From: Myxococcota bacterium
GTDB lineage: Bacteria; Myxococcota_A; UBA9160
Assembly: GCA_035315025.1 (NCBI GenBank)
Contig: DATFYN010000028.1
Coordinates: forward strand, 26,871 to 90,870
Length of the DNA stretch: 64,000 nt
Reading direction: 5' to 3'
In this document: one piece after another, positions 8,899 through 18,266 of the stretch
Layout: each line of letters begins with the position of its first letter
Position numbering within the stretch: position 1 is the stretch's first letter
Translations under genes and position numbers: made by a program
Notes under the pieces: generated by a model
The model's database searches: none
What the model saw: only the letters and a program-made list of their open reading frames with translations
Told to the model about the DNA's origin: nothing

Positions 8899-10335
8899 TC
8901 AGCTCGCGCGCAGCTTCTCCAGCCCGAAGCTCTCAACAAATGCGACCATTTCGTCGGCGAGGTTGCAGTCCTTGAAGAGTGCGGGATCGGAGCCGAAGCC
9001 TGCCCCGTCGTCGCGCATGGACACGAGCTGTGGGTAGACGACGCGGCGCGGGCCGTAGCTCGACGCAGCGGGCGACGACGCGATGTTGACGCGCCCCTCG
9101 AACCCGAAGAGCGAGAGCGCCTTCGCAAGACGCGGCCCTTCCCGCAGGAGCCCCTCCAGAAAGTCCAGTGCCGCCAGCATGCGTTTCGTTTCGAGGTGAT
9201 GCGACGCGACCCAGGGCTCGATCTCGCTCGCGAGCTTTCGATCGAGCAGGCCCGCGCGCAGTGTGTCGGCGACGCCGAGGCGGCGCTCCAACAACTCCCG
9301 CAGCGCCACGAGCGTCGTGCTCGGGTCGCCTCCTCCGAGGAGACGCCGACGCAGCTCGCAGAAGCACTCTTCGAGCGCGGGGTCTCGGTCGCAGGGATGA
9401 AGCGGCGAGAAACGATGCGCGGCCGCGAAATCGGCGAAGGCAGCCTCGGCTCCGGCCCCGAGCTCGTGAAGGGCGTCCTCCCAGGCTCGCTCGGGATCGT
9501 AGTCTTGCGGCATCCGCAGGTACTCGGCAGCCGTCCGTACCGCGACGGCGGAAGCGTGGGCATGCTGCATGACGTTCAGGAGAAATCCGCAGACGTGCTC
9601 GGGGAGCGCGGCGTCGCGCCGCGCGAAGGGCCCAAGATGCAGCATCGGTCGCATGGGACCGTCCGCAACAGGCACGTTGTCCCACACGACGAGGCGGCGG
9701 CGCAGCGTGGCCGCCCGCTGTGCGGCTTCACCGGTGCGGATCTCGGGGCTCACCACCGTACGACCGGTCCATGCCACCTCGATCGTGCGCCGTAGGGTTT
9801 CGCCCAAGGTCTCGAGATAGTCGGTCGGTGCGACGCCAAGATAGTCCGTCGGGACGAGCAGCAGGCGACAGCTCGGGCCGAGCGCCGCGTGAACGGCATG
9901 CGCCACCGTCACGTGGGCGTGCGCCAGGGATGGGAAGGCACGACGATCCGCCTCCTGTGTAAGGTGGGTGGGAACGTCGTCAAGACAGAGCGCGAAAAAC
10001 CGCGCGCCGAGTTCGCGGAATCGGAGAAGCTTGGTCTCGAGGGTACGCAGATCGGAGGCCGAGGAGCAGGTGAGGGACAGGCCTGGCGAGATGGCAAAGC
10101 CGACGTCCACCCCATGCGCGGCGCCGCGCTCGACCAGCTCGGAAAACTCGCACATCTGCTGCGCGGGGTAGGGTGTTCGCCACTCTTGTCGGTGAAGTGC
10201 GTCATTCTTTGGCGCATGGACGTAGAGGTTCATGCCCCACCCTGCGAGCTTGTCAATCCACCAGAGTCGATCCGCGTGGATGTAGGGCGGCCCGTAGTAG
10301 CCCTCGATGACGCCGCGATAGAGGAAGCTCGTCAC
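8899..10335 (-). CDS. GH84 family beta-N-acetylglucosaminidase (O-GlcNAcase-like), no signal peptide
   Basis: The N-terminus GVIEGYYGPPY is the GH84 hallmark. The catalytic Asp-Asp pair lies in FALCLDDV (codons at 9976-9981). VVWDN is also present. The C-terminal region looks helical. Confidence 0.8.
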   Translation of the reverse strand: MTSFLYRGVIEGYYGPPYIHADRLWWIDKLAGWGMNLYVHAPKNDALHRQEWRTPYPAQQMCEFSELVERGAAHGVDVGFAISPGLSLTCSSASDLRTLETKLLRFRELGARFFALCLDDVPTHLTQEADRRAFPSLAHAHVTVAHAVHAALGPSCRLLLVPTDYLGVAPTDYLETLGETLRRTIEVAWTGRTVVSPEIRTGEAAQRAATLRRRLVVWDNVPVADGPMRPMLHLGPFARRDAALPEHVCGFLLNVMQHAHASAVAVRTAAEYLRMPQDYDPERAWEDALHELGAGAEAAFADFAAAHRFSPLHPCDRDPALEECFCELRRRLLGGGDPSTTLVALRELLERRLGVADTLRAGLLDRKLASEIEPWVASHHLETKRMLAALDFLEGLLREGPRLAKALSLFGFEGRVNIASSPAASSYGPRRVVYPQLVSMRDDGAGFGSDPALFKDCNLADEMVAFVESFGLEKLRAS

Positions 10336-10805
10336 GAAGCGCTCGTCATGGGGAAGCGTCGTGCGGCCGCACGGAGCACCTGCCCAGGCCGGATCGCTCG
10401 CCGCCCGCGCGCCGGGAAGGGGAGCTGTGGCCGCTTCGGTGCCTGCGGCGGTTTCATCTCTCGCGAAGACCTCCCGGTGGCTGGATCCCTCCGCCCGAGG
10501 GCGAACGAGGCGGCAAGGATGCCGCGACTATGGCATCCGGCCGACGAGCTGAGAAGACTCGCACCCGTTGTCAGAGACCGCGGGTTGGGCGGATGCCCGC
10601 ACAGGACGAAGCGGCCGCGGATCTTGTGGTCCTCGGTGCAGAGCCCGTGTCAGGGCGGGCGCCAGCGCGGGAGGAGGCGCCGTACCCGCGCTCGGCCCAG
10701 GATGGGCGCCTTCGGAGTCCGCGCAGGGCGAAACGGCGGTTCGTCTTTGACTCCGCTGACACTTTCCCTCCCCGAGGACCACTTCCAGTACGGGAGACCT
10801 TTGCG

Positions 10806-11795
10806 ATGCGACGGTCGTTCCGGCGCCGAATCGGCGCTTGCTTCTTCATGCTTGCCTGCTCGGTCCCTTGCGCAGGGAGTGCTGCGCGCGCGGCCAGCCT
10901 CGAGGCGTTCGCCGGAACGATTGCGGGCGTCTCGAGCTGCGAAACCTTCATGACGGCGCCGCCGATTGCCAACTTCTTCGGCGGCGGTCAAGGCTTCATC
11001 GTGGGAACCACTGGGAACGGCATCTCGGACTGTGGTCTCCAGGGCGGTTTCCAGGACGTGACGCAGGCCACGGGCCCGCTCACATCGCCGCTCGAGTCTC
11101 TGACCGCCGTCCCCGTGTCTGGAGGCAACTTCACGGGGTCGGCGAGCGGAACCGCTAACTATGGCAGCATGGGGGCGTCCGCGAATGGCCAGTTCACCGG
11201 CACCACAGGTCCGCTTGTCTTGACCAGCGCGGCGAGCTTTGGAATCTTCGACGATCTGCTCACCATCACAAGTCCAAACCATGCGACGGGCAGCCTGGGC
11301 GACGTCCAATTCACCTTCACCATCCAAGGCAGCATCGCCACACCGGGCTCAAACCCGACGTTCGCAACATCGGCCGACGCCCTGTTGGCTCTCCACGTCG
11401 GCAGCGGTGCGAGCATGACATCGCAAAACATCTTTCACGCGACCGTATTCCCGACGTCGGCTTCGGTGCCTGCGTGCTCGGGGAATTTGGCCGGTCTGAC
11501 GGTTCAGGCGGGTTTGATCTCGGGCAACGCGAGATGCAGCACTGGTCCTCTTGCCTTCGAGTACGGCGTCCCGTTCGAGATCGCGGCGGGTCTCCTTGTC
11601 CAAGCCTTGCCCGATACCGGTGGCAACGCGACCGGCAGCATGACCGCGGCCCTAACCGGGATCAACATCTCCGGGGAAACGAACTTCGGCGCGAGCGGAT
11701 CCTCAGGTACGTCCTATCCCGTCCCCGAGCCCTCCACAGTCATGCTGCTGACCGGCGGCCTCGCCGCGCTCTGGCTCCGTCGCCGCGCCGCATAG
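10806..11795 (+). CDS. PEP-CTERM sorting-domain secreted protein
   Basis: ATG 10806 is followed by a signal peptide (MRRSFRRRIGACFFMLACSVPCAGSAARA). The C-terminus VPEPSTVMLLTGGLAALWLRRRAA is PEP + TM + basic tail. Confidence 0.8.
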   Translation: MRRSFRRRIGACFFMLACSVPCAGSAARAASLEAFAGTIAGVSSCETFMTAPPIANFFGGGQGFIVGTTGNGISDCGLQGGFQDVTQATGPLTSPLESLTAVPVSGGNFTGSASGTANYGSMGASANGQFTGTTGPLVLTSAASFGIFDDLLTITSPNHATGSLGDVQFTFTIQGSIATPGSNPTFATSADALLALHVGSGASMTSQNIFHATVFPTSASVPACSGNLAGLTVQAGLISGNARCSTGPLAFEYGVPFEIAAGLLVQALPDTGGNATGSMTAALTGINISGETNFGASGSSGTSYPVPEPSTVMLLTGGLAALWLRRRAA

Positions 11796-12018
11796 CGCGC
11801 ACCCTTCTCCGCAAGTGCTAGGCGACCGGAAGCTCCCGTGGTTTGTGGGGCCGCGGCTCGGCTCGAAAGCACTCTTCCCCAGGCCTCCAGACCGACCCGT
11901 CGGAAAGCGGGATGGAACCGCTGCTTAAGCGGCCGCGCGGCGTGGCCGAAACCTGGAGGGCCGGCGACGGTCCACCGGCGCGCACACATCGGTGCAACCC
12001 AACGGGGGACAGGTCACC

Positions 12019-14108
12019 ATGCTCGCGTTCGCAGAGATCGCGCTTCGCACCCTAGGCCCCTTCTGGTTCGCTCTTGTCGCAATCGCGACGGTCCTCTTTC
12101 TCGGCTGGCTAAGCGGGGCGATCCGCTACATCCCAAACCGTCGCGTGGGCGTGGTGGAGAAGCTTTGGAGCGGCAGCGGGTCGATCGCCGCGGGCCTCAT
12201 CGCGCGCAGCGGTGAGGCGGGCTATCAGCCCGGCGTGCTGCGCGGCGGCTTGCATTTCATGATGCCGCTCCAATACCGCGTGCATTCGGTTCCGCTTGTC
12301 ACCATCCCGCAGGGCCAGATCGGATACGTCTTTGCACGGGACGGCGTGCCCTTGCCACCGACCCAGACCTTGGGGAGCGCGGCGAACCCGATTGATTTCG
12401 GTGACGCCGCCGCCTTTCTTCGCGATGGCGGGCAGCGCGGACCCCAGCGGCAGATCGTTCGTGAAGGCACCTATGCCGTGAACCTCGCCCAATTCGTGGT
12501 GCTCACTGCCTCCCGGGTCTATTCCCTTCCCCTCGAAAGATCAGAGGTGCAAGTCCTCGCCAACATGGCGGAGTTGATCGGAGAACGCGGTGGCTTCGAG
12601 CCGGTCGTGATCCAGGGCAAGGACGACCAGATCGGCGTGGTGACCGTGCACGACGGCCCATCGCTTCGACCGGGGGAAATCATCGCGCCCACGGTGGGCG
12701 ACGAGCCGTCGCGCCCCGACACCTACCACAACACCTTTCAAGACCCCGAAAAGTTCCTGCGTGCGGGCGGCATGCGCGGACGGCAGCTTCAGGTGCTGGT
12801 GGAAGGGACCTACTACATCAACCGGCTCTTCGCGACGGTGGAGCTGATCCCCAAGACCGTGGTCGAAGTGGGCAATGTCGGCGTCGTCGTTTCCTACACG
12901 GGGGAGACGGGCAAGGACCTTTCTGGGGAGGACTACCGCCACGGCGAGCTCGTCGGAGTTTCGCACGCGGTGTATGGAGCATGCCACTCTTGCCGGGCAA
13001 GTACCCCTTCAACACCTACGCCGGCAAGGTGATCTTGGTACCGACGACCAACTTCATCCTCAAGTGGAACAAGGCGGAAACAGGCGCGCACAAATACGAT
13101 GAGAACCTCGCCGAGGTCGATCTCATCACCCGGGATGCATTTGAGCCATCCCTGCCGCTCTCCGTCGTTGTCCACATCGACTACCGCAAAGCCCCGCTCG
13201 TGATCCAGCGCTTTGGCGATATCAAGAAGCTGGTCGAGCAGACACTCGATCCCATGGTCTCCGCGTACTTCAAGAATGTCGCCCAGACGCGGACGCTGAT
13301 CCAACTGCTGCAGGACCGGAGCGCGATCCAGCAGCAGTCGGGCCTCGAGATGAAGGAGAAGTTCGACCGCTACAACCTCGAGCTCCAAGAGGTGCTGATC
13401 GGAACGCCCACGGCGGGCAAGGGGGGCCAGATCGAACAGATCCTCGTCCAGCTTCGCTCACGCCAGGTCGCCCAAGAGCAGGTCGAGACCTACAGCCGTC
13501 AGGAAACCGCGGCAGTGAAGGAGCGCGAACTCCGCGAAGCGGAGGCGCGCGCCAAGCAGCAGACCAGCATTACGGAATCGGAGCTCTCCATCACCGTTCA
13601 GGCGAACGCCGGGAAAGCAGACCTTGCGCGCGCCCAGCAGCAGGCCGCGCAGATCCAAGCCCTCGCACAGGCCGAGTCGGAGAAGATCCGCGTGCTGGGT
13701 GAGGGCGAGGCAAAGAAGATTCAAGCGCTCGCGGGTGCGGAAGCCGAGCGCGCCGCCCGGGTGGGCGTCGCCCAGGCCCTCGCCATCGAGGAACAGGTAC
13801 GCGCCTACGGCGGCCCGCGCTTCCAATTGACGCAGCAGGTGATGGCACGCTTCGCCGAAGCGATCGAGCAGGCGCGGGTGGACGTGGTGCCGAAGATCCT
13901 GATCAGTGGCGGAGCGGGCAACGCAGAGACCTCCGGCGGAGGCTTCGGAAGCGGGAGCGTCGTCGAGGCGCTGCTCTCTATGCTGCTCTCCGAACGGATG
14001 GAGGCGAGTCGAGAGGCAGGGAAGCCACCCCCTCCAAAGCCGCAGGCCGAAGCCCTGCGCAAGGAGCTCGAGGGGCGGATCTCCGGAGGGTCAGTCGCAG
14101 GCCGCTAA
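12019..14108 (+). pseudogene. SPFH/band-7 (flotillin-like) protein with long coiled-coil tail, one apparent frameshift
   Basis: The N-terminal TM and SPFH-like region lie in ORF 11992..13032. The sequence continues (PLLPGKYPFNTYAGKVILVPTTNF...VVVHIDYRKAPLVIQRFG, then an A/Q/E-rich coiled coil) in ORF 12981..14108. The frames join near 12950-12962. Confidence 0.75.
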
Positions 14109-14227
14109 CGCGACGCGCTACGAGCTGGGCCCGCTCCCGCCCTGCGCGATGCGTACGCCGAGCGCGAGCCCGCTCACTTACCGGCTGCGCCGGCCTGCGC
14201 ATTCTCCTGTAGAAACTGCATCAGCAG

Positions 14228-15266
14228 CTACACCGCCTCGGTGGGGAGCGTGACCTCCGGTTTCTCCACGGGGTCCTTCATCGTTTCGAAGCGCAGGAGG
14301 CCAAGCTTCGCGTACTCGGCGCACACGCGCGGCGTCAGAAGACCGAGGCGTTTTAGGTTGGGGACGATCTTCGAGAAGGTCATCTGGCGAAAGCCCTGCA
14401 TGAACGGCGTCTCGCTCGCCCACGCCACCCACTCTTTCACGTCCCAGCCGAGGCGTCCGAACACTTGGTGCATGAGGAGACAGTCCCGCAGAAGGTGCGT
14501 CCCCTCGATCACGGAGTCCTCGCGGTCCTTGAGCGCGGCTCCGCTCATCTCTTTCGTGTGGACGTCCTCGAGGGAGATCACTCCGAATGCCGCATGGCGC
14601 GACTCGTCTCCCATGATGCGGGTCGTGATGTCCTGGATGAGCGGCTCCCCGGCCATCATCAGCTTCATCATGCCGAACGCTGCGAGTGCGAGACCCTCCA
14701 CCATGATCTGCATGCCGAGGCAGGTGACGTCCCAGCGAGCATCGCTCAGGATATCCCCGAGGAGCTGGCCGAGGCTCGGGTGCACTTCGTAGGAGAGGCC
14801 GAGCTTCTCGGTGAGATAGCGGTGATACACCTCCACGTGACGGGCCTCGTCTGCCACCTGGTGCCGTAGAATTTCGCCTCCTCCCACGGCACTGTCTGTA
14901 CGATCTTCGCGGTCGCGACGAGCGCACCCTGCTCACCGTGGAGAAACTGCGAGAGCATGAACGCGTTCATGTGGAGGTTGAGCTCCACGATCTCGCGCGC
15001 GCTGAGCTCGCGCGGCGGATGGAACAGCCGGTTCAGGAGCCTGCCGCCGCCCGGGGTCTGGCGCTCGCGCTAATCCGCTCGATGTCCACTTCGGTGTGCC
15101 AGGGAAGATCGGCGGCGTTCCAGGTGGCCGCCTTCCCCTTCTCGTAGAGGGCGAGCCGGTTTTGCTGGCGCAGAGCGTATTGCCAGTCGAATGCCATCTC
15201 GATGGGGGCCTTCACCGACGAGAAGGGGCCTGCTGGGCGGCATTTGCACGGGATTGCGCTGTGCAT
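14228..15266 (-). pseudogene. ferritin-like diiron oxygenase (AurF-like fold), two apparent frameshifts
   Basis: There are two ExxH motifs (VADEARHVEVY and GDESRHAAFG). Conserved sequence is spread over three minus-strand ORFs (15033..15266, 14746..14988, 14228..14887). The junctions lie near 15066-15075 and 14859-14864. Confidence 0.65.
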
Positions 15267-15269
15267 CGT

Positions 15270-15971
15270 TCACGAGCGACTCCTGCGGGACGGGAAGGGG
15301 TTCTTCGGGTCGGCATCGCTGCCGAGGTAGCGAAGGAAATTGACTTGCAGCTCCTTCTTGAGCTCCGCGTCGCCGAGCGCGCGCCCACCGGCGCGAAGCT
15401 CGCCGGCGAGGACCATTTGGAACATCAGGCCAAAGCCAAGCTGCACGGCGAGATCGATCGCCACGAGGGGGTCGGGATGCCGGAACTCTTCGTGGCGTTG
15501 GAGCAAGAGCTGGCTTATGCGCTTCGACGCGCGGTTGCGGAAGCGAAGCGCAGCGTGCTGGAACTCGGGGTCCTGGCTCGCGCGAAACAGGAAGGCTTGG
15601 ATCAGGTTTCGCCGTTGACGCGTGACGCAGACGAGCTCCTCGGCGCAGGCTGCGACGATCTCCGGGAGCGACGCCGCTCGCCAGCGCTGCGCGTCGGCGA
15701 GCCTTTCGAGACGCTCTGATAGGTCCGAAAAGAAACGCTCCTCGAGCGCGCGCAAGAGCGCGTTCTTGTCCTGCAACCGCGCGTAGAAGCCGCCGACGGA
15801 CGAGCCGGCGCGCCGCACGATCTCGGGAATCGAGGCATCTGCGAGGCCCTTCTCCTCGATCAAAGACTCGGCCGCTTCGAGGATGCGGCGGAGGGTCTCC
15901 TCGCTGCGGGCCTGTTTCGGGGTGACGACGCTTTCGAGGCGGGGCTGCGAGGCAGCCGAGGGCCTAGACAC
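15270..15971 (-). CDS. TetR/AcrR family transcriptional regulator
   Basis: The N-terminal HTH is RILEAAESLIEEKGLADASIPEIVRRAGSSVGGFYARLQDKNALL. The stop lies 4 nt upstream of the diiron gene start, so they look like one operon. Confidence 0.88.
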   Translation of the reverse strand: MSRPSAASQPRLESVVTPKQARSEETLRRILEAAESLIEEKGLADASIPEIVRRAGSSVGGFYARLQDKNALLRALEERFFSDLSERLERLADAQRWRAASLPEIVAACAEELVCVTRQRRNLIQAFLFRASQDPEFQHAALRFRNRASKRISQLLLQRHEEFRHPDPLVAIDLAVQLGFGLMFQMVLAGELRAGGRALGDAELKKELQVNFLRYLGSDADPKNPFPSRRSRS

Positions 15972-16001
15972 AGGGCGGACTCCTCTGCCGATCCTGAAAG
16001 C

Positions 16002-16018
16002 GAATCAGAATCTGATTC
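16002..16018. promoter_or_regulatory. 17-bp perfect palindrome, candidate TetR operator
   Basis: GAATCAGA-A-TCTGATTC lies in the 129-bp divergent spacer between the TetR gene (start 15971) and the hydrolase gene (start 16101). Confidence 0.5.
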
Positions 16019-16100
16019 CTGTTCGTCTTTTCGATAGCCCCAGGAAGTCTTTGGGGCAAGCCGTTTCCTAGAGCGGCGAACCCGGCAGGACCCCTAGAAT

Positions 16101-17054
16101 GTGCCAATGCGCCGCTTCCTCGTCTTGTTCCTAGTGCTGCTTGCAGCCCTTGCCTTCCTGCCGTCGCTCCTCACGCCGCTCCTCGGCCTGGGCCCTGATC
16201 CCGCTCTCCTTCCCTCCCCGGGAAAAAGCGTTTCGCTCGGCGACGGTACCGTGCTGAGCGTGACGGAGGCCGGCAAGGGCGACCCGGTGGTCTTCGTCCA
16301 TCCACTTCCGGGGAGCGCCTCGGACTGGGGCGATGTTCCCAAAGAGCTCGCGGCGCTCGGATACCGCACGGTCGTCTACGACCGCGCGGGCTATGGCTTC
16401 TCGAGTCGTCCCCCCGAGGCTCCGGGCCACTACACGCTCACGAGCAATGCGCGCGACCTCGCCGGGCTACTCGATGCCCTTGGCATTGAGCGGGCAACCC
16501 TGGTCGGCTGGTCGTACGGTGGGGGGATCGTACAGACCCTTGCGGTGGAATCACCGCAGCTCCTGTCGCGCCTCGTGCTGCTTAGCTCAGTGGGTCCTCT
16601 CGAGGTCGCCGATCCCGAAGGCGAACCCGTGGCTTCGCGCCTCGTGCGCTCGCCGATCGCGCTCCCGCTGTTCGACTGGCTCCGGAACGTCCCGCCGCTC
16701 GCCCGTGCGATGACCCACGAGGCGCTCGTCAAGGCGTTTACCGACGGCGCCGCAATCCCGCGAGGGTATGAGGCGCGAACCGAGGCGCTGCTCTCTATTC
16801 CCGGAACACTCCGCTCGTATGTGCTCGAGGAACAGCGCTTTGATTCTAGAACGCTCCGGCCGGAGGCGATCACGACGCCTGCGCTCGTCTTGCAAGGAAG
16901 CGACGACCTTTTGGTGAAGCCCGCCGTGGCGGAGGATCTCGCAAAGCGGCTGCCCAACGCGCGCCTTGTCGTGGTGCCGATCGGGAGCCATATGCTGCCG
17001 CTTACCGACCCGGACCAAGTCGTGCGGCGGATCCAAGAGTTCCTAACGCAGTAG
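16101..17054 (+). CDS. alpha/beta hydrolase with N-terminal signal/anchor
   Basis: The N-terminus is hydrophobic (RRFLVLFLVLLAALAFL). The nucleophile elbow is GWSYGG, with a HPLPGS oxyanion region and a C-terminal GSHML His. Confidence 0.85.
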   Translation: MPMRRFLVLFLVLLAALAFLPSLLTPLLGLGPDPALLPSPGKSVSLGDGTVLSVTEAGKGDPVVFVHPLPGSASDWGDVPKELAALGYRTVVYDRAGYGFSSRPPEAPGHYTLTSNARDLAGLLDALGIERATLVGWSYGGGIVQTLAVESPQLLSRLVLLSSVGPLEVADPEGEPVASRLVRSPIALPLFDWLRNVPPLARAMTHEALVKAFTDGAAIPRGYEARTEALLSIPGTLRSYVLEEQRFDSRTLRPEAITTPALVLQGSDDLLVKPAVAEDLAKRLPNARLVVVPIGSHMLPLTDPDQVVRRIQEFLTQ

Positions 17055-17076
17055 GGCGTCGCCCACGGAACGCGGG

Positions 17077-17397
17077 TTAGGACGCGGCGCTGCCCAGACG
17101 CCGGAAGACGGCCTCTACACTCTTCGGGTCGGGCCCGGCCTCTCCGAAGTGCTCCCTATTGATCTGGGTGCTCAGGTCCTCACACACCCGAGCTGCATTG
17201 TCCACCGCGCGCTGCTGAAGTTCGAGGGGCATCACTTTGATGAGGAGCACGGCCATCTCCGCGCCGCTCACGTTCCGCGCGTCAAGGCCAGCCTGCTTGA
17301 GGGCGAGGCGGACCGTACCCCGAACCTCGATCTCGGAGAGCGGTGTCGCACGCTGGAGCTGATCGCACACCCATGCGAAAGCTGCGGAATCGGCCAT
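17077..17397 (-). CDS. hypothetical soluble protein (106 aa)
   Basis: ATG at 17397 lies 5 nt downstream of the stop of the upstream membrane-protein gene. The codon third positions are G/C-rich. No family was recognised. Confidence 0.45.
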   Translation of the reverse strand: MADSAAFAWVCDQLQRATPLSEIEVRGTVRLALKQAGLDARNVSGAEMAVLLIKVMPLELQQRAVDNAARVCEDLSTQINREHFGEAGPDPKSVEAVFRRLGSAAS

Positions 17398-17401
17398 GGC
17401 G

Positions 17402-18151
17402 CTAGGCCTCGCTCGCCGCCGCGCGTGAGATGACGCGGCGCAGGTAGGCAGACGGCGGAATGAAGGCGAGCCACATCGAGCCGGCGGCCAGGAGTCCGAG
17501 GGGTGCAATCACGAAAGCCCCCGCGCTCGCAACCGCGAAGTCGATACCGAAAAACGCAGCCACCGTGGTGGAAACGTTGATCACGCAGGCCGAGAATTCC
17601 GCGATGCTCCAAAGACGCATGCGATCGGCCACCAGAGGATCGGCGAGGCCAAGCTTTACACGCTTTCGCAGGAGCTCCCAGTAGCGCAGCGACTCGTAGG
17701 TCCCCCAAGCCAGCGGGATCGCGATCCCACTCATGAACAGGCGCAGCCCAAGCCCTTCATTGCGGAAGGCTGCAACGCGGAGCCCCGGGGAGAAGCTCTG
17801 GAGAGCGAAACTCGCCAGCAGCAATATCGCAAGCGCCGCCACCAGGACCCGTGCCCAGGCTTCCTTGGGTCGGAAGACGCGCATGTTGAAAAGTGCCAGC
17901 AGGACCGTGCCGATCCAGGTGAGCAAGAGAGAGAAAACGAAGAGCGCAATGCGCACGTCGTCCGAGAGCGAAAGCGCCATGCGTGCGATCGCGGTGAGCG
18001 GGTAGCCTATGCCGCCCATCAGGACGAGGGCCATTCCGACGACGCACTCGGGAACCTCCCGCGTACGACGCGCGAGCAGGAGAAGCCGCAGGCCGACCAC
18101 AAAACTTGCCGCGACGAACGACAAACCGCCGATGGCCGCAAGTAGCTGCAT
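17402..18151 (-). CDS. hypothetical polytopic membrane protein
   Basis: There are multiple hydrophobic helices from MQLLAAIGGLSFVAASFVVGL onward. ATG 18151 was chosen because the upstream 32 aa of the track ORF are non-hydrophobic and Arg-rich. Confidence 0.55.
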   Translation of the reverse strand: MQLLAAIGGLSFVAASFVVGLRLLLLARRTREVPECVVGMALVLMGGIGYPLTAIARMALSLSDDVRIALFVFSLLLTWIGTVLLALFNMRVFRPKEAWARVLVAALAILLLASFALQSFSPGLRVAAFRNEGLGLRLFMSGIAIPLAWGTYESLRYWELLRKRVKLGLADPLVADRMRLWSIAEFSACVINVSTTVAAFFGIDFAVASAGAFVIAPLGLLAAGSMWLAFIPPSAYLRRVISRAAASEA

Positions 18152-18266
18152 AGGTACCCCGAAGCGACACCGCCCCCGGTGGGTGCTATCGACGCATGGA
18201 GCCCAGAGCTTGAGTGGCGAAGGCGATCGCTCTTTTCGGCCGGGCATTTGGCTGGGGCGCAGAGGA

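Noticed and set aside
10598-10740. GCACAGGACGAAGC and CGCAGGGCGAAACGG elements resembling fragments of the c-di-GMP-I (GEMM) riboswitch upstream of the PEP-CTERM gene
   Set aside because: The two elements are about 120 nt apart and do not form the paired-hairpin tetraloop/receptor architecture. The similarity is limited to short G/A-rich strings.
14956-14971. Perfect 16-bp palindrome CATGAACGCGTTCATG with an AACnnGTT core
   Set aside because: It lies inside the diiron oxygenase coding sequence (HMNAFM) and does not fit the flanking T/A positions of the KstR consensus. About one such palindrome is expected by chance in 64 kb.
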